Below are positions 10,316-19,032 of a stretch of 41,783 nt of DNA, piece after piece (the first letter of the stretch is position 1; each line of letters begins with the position of its first letter). The notes under the pieces are model-generated. The model was not told the origin of the DNA, did not search any database, and saw only the letters and a list, made by a program, of their open reading frames with translations. A program made the translations under genes and the position numbers. Source of the stretch: Betaproteobacteria bacterium (lineage in GTDB: Bacteria > Pseudomonadota > Gammaproteobacteria > Burkholderiales > SG8-41); contig JACPEF010000099.1 of assembly GCA_016183675.1 (NCBI GenBank), forward strand, positions 1 to 41,783. Reading direction: 5' to 3'.

Positions 10316-10963
10316 TTACCCTGCAATCACGATGTGGACACGATAGGGCCCGTGCGCGCCGAGCGTGACCGTCTGCTCGATGTCGGCGGTGCGCGACGGG
10401 CCGGAGATAAAGGTGACGGCGCGCGGCGGCCGCCCGAGCTCCGCGCGCGCGAGCTGCCACGCCTCCTCCATCCCGCGCACGATGCGGCTCGAGGAAACGA
10501 CCGTGATGTGCGTCTCGGGTAGCAGGCTCACTGCCGCCGGCGTGTCCGGCCCCGACACCGTCATGAGCGTGCCGGTCTCGGCGATGGCGCAGAAGGCGCC
10601 GGTGATGCCCACGAGATCGTCGCCGCGCGCCGCACGCGCCGCGACCTCCACGCCCGCGGCACGCCAGTCCAGCTTGGCAAGCTCCGGCCAGCACACCGCC
10701 TGCCGCGTCAGGCGCTCGCGCTCGAGATAGCGCGCGACCGCCGCGGGAACAGCCGCGAGCGTCGCGACCTGGTCCACGGTGCTGGCGAGCTTGAGCGCCT
10801 GCTCGCGAAAGCGTGCGATCAGCTCCCAGTCCGCGCACGGCCGCGGGCTTACCGGATGCGTGCGCAGGTGCGACTGCACCGCTTCGCGCTCCGCGATTGA
10901 TGGCTCCGTGCCCTTCCCCTGCCGCGCGCGGATCCGCGCAAGAATGTTTTCGCGGGCACTCAT
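10316..10963 (-). CDS. lutC: Lactate utilization protein C (LUD domain)
   Basis: MSARENILARIR, AIAETGTL, SLLPETH, ISGPSRTADIEQTVTLGAHGP. Confidence 0.9.
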   Translation of the reverse strand: MSARENILARIRARQGKGTEPSIAEREAVQSHLRTHPVSPRPCADWELIARFREQALKLASTVDQVATLAAVPAAVARYLERERLTRQAVCWPELAKLDWRAAGVEVAARAARGDDLVGITGAFCAIAETGTLMTVSGPDTPAAVSLLPETHITVVSSSRIVRGMEEAWQLARAELGRPPRAVTFISGPSRTADIEQTVTLGAHGPYRVHIVIAG

Positions 10964-11043
10964 GCCGCGAAAACATTCTTAATAAGTGAGAATTCGAATG
11001 GCAGCAATGCGAGCAACCGGTTACGCTGCATAAGTGACATTCT

Positions 11044-11085
11044 ATCAGTCACGCCTCATCAGTCACGCTTCATCAGTCACGCATC
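11044..11085. repeat. 3 x 14-nt tandem repeat ATCAGTCACGCNTC
   Basis: Read directly between lutC and mmsA. Confidence 0.85.
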
Positions 11086-12604
11086 ATCCGAGAGTAGGCA
11101 TGTTCAAACCCGGCGCCGGCGTGTCCTGATGCGGCCAGCGGCTGGTGATGGCCTTGGTCCGGGTGTAGAACTTCACCCCCTCCGCGCCGTGCAGGTGCAG
11201 GTCACCGAATAGCGAGGATTTCCAGCCGCCGAAAGAATAGAACGCGACCGGCACCGGTATCGGGACGTTGACACCGACCATGCCCACCTGGATCTCGTTC
11301 TCAAAGCGGCGTGCTGCGCCCCCGGATTCGGTGAAGATCGCCGTGCCGTTGGCGTAGGGATTGCGGTTGACGAGTGCGATCGCGTCCTCGAGGGTTTTCG
11401 CGCGCAGCACGACGAGCACCGGCCCGAAGATCTCGTCCTGGTAGATCTTCATCTCGGGTGTGACGTGATCGAAGAGCGACGTGCCGAGGAAAAAGCCGCC
11501 TTCGTGCCCCGGGACCTTGCAGTTGCGCCCGTCCACGACGAGCTTCGCGCCCTCCTTCACGCCGTGGTCGATGTAGCCCGCCACCTTGTCGCGGTGCTGG
11601 CGCGTGACGAGCGGCCCCATGTCCACGCCCTCCTTCTCTCCCGGGCCGACCATGATCGCCTCGGCCTTTTTCTTGAGCAGCTTCACCAGCGGCTCCGCGG
11701 CCTCACCGACCGCGACCACCGCCGAGATCGCCATGCAGCGCTCGCCTGCGGAGCCGTAGGCCGCGCCCATCAGGGCATCGGCCGCGAATTCGAGGTCCGC
11801 GTCCGGCAGCACCACCGCGTGGTTCTTGGCTCCGCCCAGCGCTTGGACGCGCTTCGCGTTTTTCGCGCACGTCTCATAGATGTACTTGGCGATCGGGGTG
11901 GAGCCGACAAAGGAGACCGCGTTGACACCGGGATGGTTGAGGATCGCATCCACCGCCTCCTTGTCGCCGTGCACGACATTCAACACGCCGTCGGGCAGGC
12001 CCGCTTCCTTGGCGAGCTCGGCCATGCGCATCGAGGCCGAGGGCACCTTCTCCGAAGGCTTCAGCACGAAAGCATTGCCGCAGGCGATCGCGACCGGGAA
12101 CATCCACAGCGGCACCATCACCGGAAAGTTGAACGGCGTGATGCCGGCGCATACGCCGACCGGCTGGCGCACCGTGTGGCAGTCCACGCCGGAGCCGACG
12201 TTCTCGGAGTGCTCGCCCTTGAGCAGGTGCGGGATGCCGCAGGCGAACTCGACTACTTCGATGCCGCGCTGCACCGAGCCCATCGCGTCGGGCAAGGTTT
12301 TCCCGTGCTCCTCCGTGACGAGCCCCGCAAGCTCCTTCTGGTTCGCCTGGAGGAGCAGGAGGAACTTTTGCATCACGCGCGCGCGCCTGAGCGGCGGCGT
12401 GTCGCGCCAAGCCGGAAACGCGCGCTGCGCCGACCGGACCGCGGCGTCAATGTCGGCCGCGTTGCAGAACGAAACTTTGCGCGCGACCCGCCCGGTCGCG
12501 GGATTGGTCACCTCCCCGGCGCGCGTGCTCGAGGCGGGCTGTGGCTTGCCGCCCACCCACATCGGCACTGTCGTCAATGGGGTGCGTTCTCGCGGGTCGT
12601 TCAT
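11084..12604 (-). CDS. mmsA: CoA-acylating methylmalonate/malonate-semialdehyde dehydrogenase
   Basis: GITPFNFPVMVPLWM, FVGST, GGAKNH, GSAGERCMA, EIFGPV, GMVGVNVPIPVP; AAGGAG RBS before ATG 12604. Confidence 0.93.
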   Translation of the reverse strand: MNDPRERTPLTTVPMWVGGKPQPASSTRAGEVTNPATGRVARKVSFCNAADIDAAVRSAQRAFPAWRDTPPLRRARVMQKFLLLLQANQKELAGLVTEEHGKTLPDAMGSVQRGIEVVEFACGIPHLLKGEHSENVGSGVDCHTVRQPVGVCAGITPFNFPVMVPLWMFPVAIACGNAFVLKPSEKVPSASMRMAELAKEAGLPDGVLNVVHGDKEAVDAILNHPGVNAVSFVGSTPIAKYIYETCAKNAKRVQALGGAKNHAVVLPDADLEFAADALMGAAYGSAGERCMAISAVVAVGEAAEPLVKLLKKKAEAIMVGPGEKEGVDMGPLVTRQHRDKVAGYIDHGVKEGAKLVVDGRNCKVPGHEGGFFLGTSLFDHVTPEMKIYQDEIFGPVLVVLRAKTLEDAIALVNRNPYANGTAIFTESGGAARRFENEIQVGMVGVNVPIPVPVAFYSFGGWKSSLFGDLHLHGAEGVKFYTRTKAITSRWPHQDTPAPGLNMPTLG

Positions 12605-12756
12605 CCTCGGCTCCTTGCTGGAGATCGCCGGTCGCAGCGCGCTGGGCTGCGCGCGTTGATGACTCCCGGCCGGAGTGGGGGAGTCTACCACAAGGCGGCG
12701 CCTGGCCGCCCGCCTGCGGCGGGATACTAAGAGCCCGCAACAAAATCGAAAATATC

Positions 12757-12943
12757 AGCCGCAGATGAACGACAACAAACGCCGACGAAAACCAAAAAAT
12801 CAAGCCAAAGAGGACACGGAGTTCGCAGTGCGTGATCCGGGATACGCGATTCGCGATTGCTAGCGGGGGTTCCCATCCCGCATCACGTATCCCGCATCGA
12901 CTCTTTGGTTTTCCTCTGTGTTCTCCGTGATCTCTGTGGCTAA
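12757..12943. repeat. Composite inverted-repeat element (9-mer arms enclosing 7-mer arms), copy 1
   Basis: AGCCAAAGAGGACACGGAG...CTCCGTGATCTCTGTGGCT encloses GGGATACGCGAT / ATCACGTATCCC heptamers. Confidence 0.75.
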
Positions 12944-12967
12944 TCGGTGTTTCTCCGATTCTTGAGA

Positions 12968-14071
12968 TCACCTATTGAGCGTCCGGTAGCGGGCGACCGC
13001 CTCGGCGTTCCAAGCGAGGCCGTTGCCCGGCTTTTCGGGGATGACTGCCGCGCCATCCACTATGCGCAGCGGCTCGGCAAGAACGGGCGCCGCCCAGTCG
13101 ACGTACTCGAGCCAATGACAGGTGGGAGTGATCGCAAGCAGATGCGCGCTCACTTCCGGGAACAGGTGCGAGGACATCTCGATCCCGGTCGCCGCCGCGA
13201 GACCGGAGGCGCGTTGCCAGCCGCTGACGCCGCCGATCCGCTCGAGATCGGGCATCACGTAATCACAGGCGCGCGCGGCGAGCGCCGCGGCCATCGCCTG
13301 CGGGCCCGAAAAGTTCTCCCCGATCTGTACCGGAGTGACGAGCTTGCGCGCCACCCTGGCGCAGCCGGCGTAATCATCGTGCCGGATCGGCTCCTCGATC
13401 CAGTAGACGCCTTCGCCATCGAGCGCATGGCCGCGCCGCACGGCTTCGGCGACGCTCAAAGCCTGGTTGAAGTCGACCATCAGCGCAACGCCGTCGGGCA
13501 GGCGCCGCCGCACGGCGCGCGCCACGGCGAGGTCGCCCTTCAAGTCCGGGCGCCCGAGCCTCAGCTTCACGCCGCGGAATCCGCCCGCGAGCAGCGCCTC
13601 GGCCTCGTCCGCCGCCGCTTCCGGCGTCAACGTGAGGCCGAGACCGTTGCTGTTGTAGGCGCGCACCGGCGTGGGCACGCCGCCGAGAAAGGTGACAAGG
13701 GGCACGCCGGCGGCGATCGCCAGCGCATCCCAGCAGGCGATGTCGAGCCCGGCGATCGCCATGCGCACGATGCCCTGCACGCCGATCAAGAAGAAGTGGC
13801 GCGCGAGCTTCGCGCCAATCTTGACCGGCGCGACCCGATCGCCCCTGACCACCCGCGACACCTCTTCCAGCATATGCGCGATCGCGGGAGCGGCGGCCGG
13901 CAGATAGCAAAACAGGTACGATCGGCCCGTCACGCCCTCCTCGGTCTCGAGGTCGATCAGCAGCAGCGGCGCGGTCAAAAGCGTCCCCCGGCTCGTGCCG
14001 AGCGACCGCGCCATCGGCGCGTCGACCGCCACCACGCGCAACGCGCGGATGGTGAGCTTAGGCGGCGTCAT
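12968..14071 (-). CDS. Mandelate-racemase-like enolase superfamily enzyme
   Basis: Metal ligands in MVDFNQ, WIEEP, QIGENF; also MPD..RIGGVSGW, SSHLFPE, WLEYVD. Confidence 0.9.
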   Translation of the reverse strand: MTPPKLTIRALRVVAVDAPMARSLGTSRGTLLTAPLLLIDLETEEGVTGRSYLFCYLPAAAPAIAHMLEEVSRVVRGDRVAPVKIGAKLARHFFLIGVQGIVRMAIAGLDIACWDALAIAAGVPLVTFLGGVPTPVRAYNSNGLGLTLTPEAAADEAEALLAGGFRGVKLRLGRPDLKGDLAVARAVRRRLPDGVALMVDFNQALSVAEAVRRGHALDGEGVYWIEEPIRHDDYAGCARVARKLVTPVQIGENFSGPQAMAAALAARACDYVMPDLERIGGVSGWQRASGLAAATGIEMSSHLFPEVSAHLLAITPTCHWLEYVDWAAPVLAEPLRIVDGAAVIPEKPGNGLAWNAEAVARYRTLNR

Positions 14072-14099
14072 GAGTTCATCTCAACAAAAAATCAGAATT

Positions 14100-14742
14100 A
14101 ACCGCCAAGACGCCAAGAGAAGCGAAAATGAAAAGCGAAAATGAAAAGCGAAAACACGACGGACACCAGAATTCATCTCAAGAATCCCCTCGCCCAGAAT
14201 TCATCTCAAGAATCCCCCCGCCCCCTCTTTAGGGGGAGAGGGAGAGTTTTTGAGCCCGCCATTATTGATCGTTGCGGAAATGGTTGACACACCATTTCCG
14301 CACTGGACATTTCCCCTCGCCCTCTGGGAGAGGGGGAAGGGGCGAGGGTCGAGCGGCGTAAAGCATTTACGCAAAGCTCGATAGTTGTTATGTCTTGTCC
14401 TTCCTTGGCGTCTTGGCGCCTTGGCGGTTCAGTCGTTGATCTTATCGGCGTCCATCCCGTTCCAATGTCCGTTTTCCAAGCGCGTCGCGAACCATCAATC
14501 ATAAGGCGCTGCCGGAGGTCATTGGAACGGGATCCATCGGCGGCTCAAAGGTTTTCCTTCGTGTCCTTTGTGTCCTTTGTGGTTCGGCTTTTTTGTTCCT
14601 TGGCGGCCTTGGCGGCGAAAATTAAGGGATGAGGGAGGAGGGTTGAGGGATGAGGAATCAGTTTTCGTTTTCATCCGCGTTTATCTGCGTTTATCTGCGG
14701 TTCCACTTGATCTTCTTGGCGGCCTTGGCGTCTTGGCGGCTA
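14100..14742. repeat. Intergenic mosaic of short-repeat families
   Basis: CGCCAAGA/G 9-mers at 14100, 14404, 14599 and 14715; AAGCGAAAATGAA 13-mers; a 24-nt duplication at 14166/14194; CCCTC..GAGGG hairpins at 14211-14348; CTTYGTGTC 9-mers near 14556; TTTATCTGCG 10-mers near 14680. Confidence 0.8.
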
Positions 14743-15660
14743 TTTTTTGCCGCCGGCGTGCAGCACCAGGATGTCCCGCACCGCGCGGTGGATGGGTGTC
14801 GCCACGCCGACGGCCTTGCCCAGCTCGACCACGGCGCCGGAGAGCCACTCCACTTCGAGGCGGTTGCCGCGCTCGAGATCGTGGTGCAGCGAGGCGGTCA
14901 TCGTCCCCGGGAGCGTGTCGGTGAACGCGAGGCGCTCCTCGGCAAAGTTCTCCGGGAGGCGGACCCCGTGCGCTCTTCCCACGGCGACCACCTCCCGCAT
15001 CGCGTCGAGGTAGAACGCGCGGGTCAGCGGGTTCTCGCGGATCGGCCCGATCGGCAGCCGCACGGTGGCGGTGACGGCGGCCATTCCTACCAGGAACACG
15101 AATTTCTCCCAGATCGAGCGGCGGATATCGTCGGAGAGCTTGGCGTCGAAGCCCGCCTTGAGGCAGAACTCGAGCAACGTCTCGGCCCGCTTCGAGCGCC
15201 GCCCATCGTACTCGCCGAACACCACGCGCTGCATCGTCCCGGTGTGCTGGATCACGCCGGGGCGGGAGATCGTGGTGGCCATGTACGCGACGCCTCCCAT
15301 CAACGCCTTCTCGCCGACGATGGGCCGCAGGATTTCGTCCTTCACGACGCCGTTCTGCAGCGACAGCACGCCGGTTTCGGGGCCGACGAGCGGCAGGATC
15401 GTGCGCGCCGCGGCCTCGGTATCCCAGAGCTTGACGGCAAACACGACGAGATCGGCCGGTCCGAGGGAGCCGGGGTCATCCGTCACCCGCACCTTTGGCA
15501 GGTGCACGTTGCCGAGCGGGCTTTCCAGCGTGAGCCCGTGCTCGCGCATGGCTGCAAGGTGCGCCCCCCGGGCGACGAATGACACGTCGCACCCGACTTG
15601 CGCGAGGCGGGCGCCGACCAGGCCGCCCACCCCGCCGGATCCCATCATGACTATTCTCAT
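14740..15660 (-). CDS. Ketopantoate reductase (PanE/ApbA) family oxidoreductase
   Basis: GSGGVGG Rossmann motif, AVKLWD, LQNG, WEKF, SLHHDLERGNRLE. Confidence 0.88.
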   Translation of the reverse strand: MRIVMMGSGGVGGLVGARLAQVGCDVSFVARGAHLAAMREHGLTLESPLGNVHLPKVRVTDDPGSLGPADLVVFAVKLWDTEAAARTILPLVGPETGVLSLQNGVVKDEILRPIVGEKALMGGVAYMATTISRPGVIQHTGTMQRVVFGEYDGRRSKRAETLLEFCLKAGFDAKLSDDIRRSIWEKFVFLVGMAAVTATVRLPIGPIRENPLTRAFYLDAMREVVAVGRAHGVRLPENFAEERLAFTDTLPGTMTASLHHDLERGNRLEVEWLSGAVVELGKAVGVATPIHRAVRDILVLHAGGKK

Positions 15661-15689
15661 TCTTCCACTCTTCTCGAACAAAAGAATTC

Positions 15690-15833
15690 AGCCACAGAGG
15701 ACACCGAGTTCACAGAGCGTGATCCGCGATGCGCGATCCGCGATGGACAACGGGTGTTCGTATCCCGTATCCCGTATCCCGCATCCCGAATCCTGAATTC
15801 TCATTCTCTGTGTTCTCTGTGCTCTCTGTGGCT
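15690..15833. repeat. Composite inverted-repeat element, copy 2
   Basis: AGCCACAGAGGACACCGAG...CTCTGTGCTCTCTGTGGCT encloses CGCGATS / CGTATCC heptamer arrays; same layout as 12803-12942. Confidence 0.8.
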
Positions 15834-15851
15834 AATGTTTCAGGTTACAAG

Positions 15852-17258
15852 CTAGCGCCGGGTTGCGCGGCGATGAAGTTCCCTGAAAGTCCTGCCGTGC
15901 GGCGCCGGGAGGTCCCGGCCATCGGTCCAGCCGCCGCCGAACGGCAGCCGGTGGATGAGGCCGTTCTTTCCGCCTATCCAAGCGAGCGCGCGCGCACCGA
16001 TTGTCGAAATCATCGCATAAATCGCCGGGTGCCGAGCGGCCCAGCTCCACAATGTGAGCCCCGCTCTTTCCGTCCAGGGCTTCAATTTGCGCTCGAACTG
16101 CTGCTCGCGCAGTTTCCGCATCAGATCCGGCAGCGGGATCTTGACCGGGCACACCACGCCGCACTGATTGCAGAACGTGGCGGCATTGGGCAGATCGAGC
16201 GCATTCTCCAGGCCGATATAGATCGGCGTGAGGACCGAGCCCATCGGCCCCGGATAGACCCAGCCGTAGGCGTGTCCGCCGACGCTCTGGTACACGGGGC
16301 AGTGGTTCATGCACGCGCCGCAGCGGATACAGCGCAGCATCGGCTGCAGGTCGCCGCCGATCAGTTTGGTGCGACCGGCGTCCACCAGGACGACGTGGAA
16401 ATGCTCCGGCCCGTCACGGTCGCCCTCGCCCTTCACGCCGGTTGTGACCGAGATGTAGTTGGAGATGGTCTGGCCCGTGCCGTGCGGCGGTAGCAGCCGC
16501 ATGAGCGTCGCCACGTCCTCAAGCGTCGGCACTACCTTCTCGATGCCGGTGATCGCGACGTGCACGCGCGGCAGCGTGGTGACCATCCGTCCGTTGCCCT
16601 CGTTGGTGACGATCAGCGTGGAGCCGGTCTCCGCGACGACGAAGTTCGCTCCCGTGATCCCCATGCCGGCGGACAGGAAATGGCTCCTCAGCATCTCGCG
16701 CGCTTCGCGCGTGAGCTCGCCGATGTCGGTCTTGCGCGGCCTGTGGTGCTTTTCCTCGAAGAGATCCGAGACCTCGTCCCGCGTCTTGTGCACGACCGGC
16801 GCCACGATGTGCGAGGGGGGTTCCCTGGCGAGCTGCAGGATGTACTCACCGAGGTCGGTCTCGACGACCTCGATGCCCGCGGCCTCCAGCGCTTCGTTCA
16901 GCGCGCATTCCTCGCTCACCATGGACTTCGACTTGACAGCCTTGCGCACGCCGTGCCGGCGGGCGATCTCGCAGACGATACGGGTGACCTCTTCGGGCGT
17001 CTCGGCCCAGTGCACCACCGCGCCGCGCTCGACGGCGTTCCGCTCGAATTCCTCCAGATACACATCGAGATGCTCGAGGGCGTGGTCGCGGATCGCGGCC
17101 GCCGCGTCGCGGATCGCCTCGAAGTTGTCCATCTCGCGCACGCGCTCGGCGCGCCCGCGCACGAAGTTGCCCTGGAGCTTCTTGAGCGCCGCCTGCAGCT
17201 TGGCGTCCCTGAGCTTCTCGCTCGCGCGGGTTTTGAAATGCATCGAGGTAACTTGCAT
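15852..17258 (-). CDS. lutB: Lactate utilization Fe-S protein B (LutB/LldF)
   Basis: KSKSMVSEE, ETDLGEYI, PSHIVAP, CIRCGACMNHCP, YPGPMGS. Confidence 0.95.
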   Translation of the reverse strand: MQVTSMHFKTRASEKLRDAKLQAALKKLQGNFVRGRAERVREMDNFEAIRDAAAAIRDHALEHLDVYLEEFERNAVERGAVVHWAETPEEVTRIVCEIARRHGVRKAVKSKSMVSEECALNEALEAAGIEVVETDLGEYILQLAREPPSHIVAPVVHKTRDEVSDLFEEKHHRPRKTDIGELTREAREMLRSHFLSAGMGITGANFVVAETGSTLIVTNEGNGRMVTTLPRVHVAITGIEKVVPTLEDVATLMRLLPPHGTGQTISNYISVTTGVKGEGDRDGPEHFHVVLVDAGRTKLIGGDLQPMLRCIRCGACMNHCPVYQSVGGHAYGWVYPGPMGSVLTPIYIGLENALDLPNAATFCNQCGVVCPVKIPLPDLMRKLREQQFERKLKPWTERAGLTLWSWAARHPAIYAMISTIGARALAWIGGKNGLIHRLPFGGGWTDGRDLPAPHGRTFRELHRRATRR

Positions 17259-17349
17259 ACGCGTGACCAGAATCTGGAAGCAGGGAGGGAATACAGCGCG
17301 TGCGATTATAGCGCGAGCCGCGCGGCGCTCCTCCCGGCGCGGCGCATCA

Positions 17350-18210
17350 TCAGCCCTTCGCCACGCCGCGACGGATCATGTAGATGCCGCTGGCGACCAC
17401 GACCGCCGCGCCCGCGAGCATCCAGGAGTCCGGCAACTCGTTCCATACCAGGAACCCGACGAGCATCGCCCACAGCAGCCCGGAATACCGGAACGGCGCC
17501 ACCACCGCCGCGCGCCCCATGCGCAAGGCCTCGATCACCATGAAATGGGCGCTGGCGTTGAAAAAGCCCGCGGCCAGGAACCAGGCGGCCCCGCGCGCAT
17601 CGAGGGGTTGCCAGCCCAACGGGATCGTGAGCAGTCCGGCCACCATAACCATGGCGCCGGACCAGAACAGCACCGAGACCGAATTCTCGGTGCGCGACAG
17701 CCGCCGGGTGAAGGCGTCGCGCAAGCCGTTCGTGAACGCGGCGCAGACGGGCAACAGGACCACCCACTCGGATCCGCCGCCGGCGGGCCGCACGATGAGC
17801 AGAACGCCGGCGAAGCCGGCCGCGATTGCAGCCCATTGCCGGCCGTGCACCCGCTCGCCCAGCAATGGCGCCGACCAAAGGGCAATAAAAATGGGGCTGG
17901 AGAACAGAACCGCGATAACAAACGACAGGGGCAGCAGGCTCAGGCTCCACAGGACCAGCCCCGTGCCGGAGACAAACAGCAGCGCGCGCAGGAACTGCCC
18001 GCCCCGGTTGACGGCGCGCAATGCGCCCAGACCGGTCACGGACATCGCATAGGGCAGGATGAACAGGAACGCGGCGATCTGGCGCAGGCAGATGACCTGG
18101 CCGATGGGATAATTCTCGGTCAGGTGCTTGGAAACGGCGTCATTCAGCGTGAGCAGTCCCGCCCCCACCACCATCGCGACTATCCCGCGCAACGGGGACG
18201 GCCCGGTCAT
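17350..18210 (-). CDS. DMT/EamA-family transporter
   Basis: About 10 hydrophobic helices; LLGERV, VVAPFRY. The ATG overlaps the lutA stop (TGATG). Confidence 0.85.
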   Translation of the reverse strand: MTGPSPLRGIVAMVVGAGLLTLNDAVSKHLTENYPIGQVICLRQIAAFLFILPYAMSVTGLGALRAVNRGGQFLRALLFVSGTGLVLWSLSLLPLSFVIAVLFSSPIFIALWSAPLLGERVHGRQWAAIAAGFAGVLLIVRPAGGGSEWVVLLPVCAAFTNGLRDAFTRRLSRTENSVSVLFWSGAMVMVAGLLTIPLGWQPLDARGAAWFLAAGFFNASAHFMVIEALRMGRAAVVAPFRYSGLLWAMLVGFLVWNELPDSWMLAGAAVVVASGIYMIRRGVAKG

Positions 18211-18938
18211 CACGTGTTTTCGCCCGCAAGCACCTCGGCAACGTGCAGGACTCTGGTTTTCATGTCTCCCCGGCGGCGCAGGCGTCCCTCGATATTCAAC
18301 ATGCAGCCCAGGTCCCCCAGCACTACCGCGTCTGCACCGCTGGCGGCGATGTTGGCGCACTTGCGCTCGGCAATGTGGGTGGAGATCTCGCCGAACTTGA
18401 CAGCGAAGGTCCCGCCGAAGCCGCAGCAGGTCTCGGCCTCCTCCATCTCAATAAGCTTCAGTCCAGGCACTTTAGCGAGGAGCTGACGCGGCTGAGCCTT
18501 GATTGACAATTCTCGCAAACCCGCGCAAGAGTCATGATAAGTAATGGTTTTATATAGATTTCCTGGGACGGCGCCCGGCCTGGCGACGTTCACCAGGAAA
18601 TCTGTGAGCTCGTAGGTGCGGTCGCACAGCCGTTTCACGCGCTCCAGCTCCGCTGGCTCGTCGGCGAACAGTTCCGGATAGTGGGTGCGGATCATGCCGG
18701 CGCACGAGCCCGAGGGCGCAACGACGTACTCGAACTGCGAGAACTCATCGAGCACCTTGCGCGCGAGCGTCTTCGCCGCCGCCCGCGCGCCCGAGTTGTA
18801 GCCCGGCTGCCCGCAGCAGGTCTGCGTGTCCGGCACCACCACTTCGCAGCCAGCGGCCTCGAGCAGCTTCAGCGCCGCAAAACCAATCCGCGGTCGCATC
18901 AGGTCCACCAGGCAAGTGACGAAGAGACCGACACGCAC
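18210..18938 (-). CDS. lutA: Lactate utilization protein A (CCG-domain Fe-S protein)
   Basis: LFVTCLVD, QTCCGQP, PSGSC, YHDSC, CCGFGGTF, DLGCMLN. Confidence 0.93.
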   Translation of the reverse strand: MRVGLFVTCLVDLMRPRIGFAALKLLEAAGCEVVVPDTQTCCGQPGYNSGARAAAKTLARKVLDEFSQFEYVVAPSGSCAGMIRTHYPELFADEPAELERVKRLCDRTYELTDFLVNVARPGAVPGNLYKTITYHDSCAGLRELSIKAQPRQLLAKVPGLKLIEMEEAETCCGFGGTFAVKFGEISTHIAERKCANIAASGADAVVLGDLGCMLNIEGRLRRRGDMKTRVLHVAEVLAGENT

Positions 18939-18944
18939 GACTTA

Positions 18945-19028
18945 AACGATGAACGATGAATGATGAATGATGAATGAAGGGCCCATTGTGACAACCAGTT
19001 CCGCGTTCATCGTTCCGCGTTCCTCGTT
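18945..19028. repeat. Heptamer tandem/inverted repeat (GATGAAY ... CGTTCMK)
   Basis: Read directly between the protease stop and the lutA start. Confidence 0.8.
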
Positions 19029-19032
19029 GTCC

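Noticed and set aside
14206-14632. Small ORFs in the repeat-rich spacer
   Set aside because: Translations are mostly repeat-derived (e.g. LASWRLGG, FVSFVSFVV) with no recognisable family.
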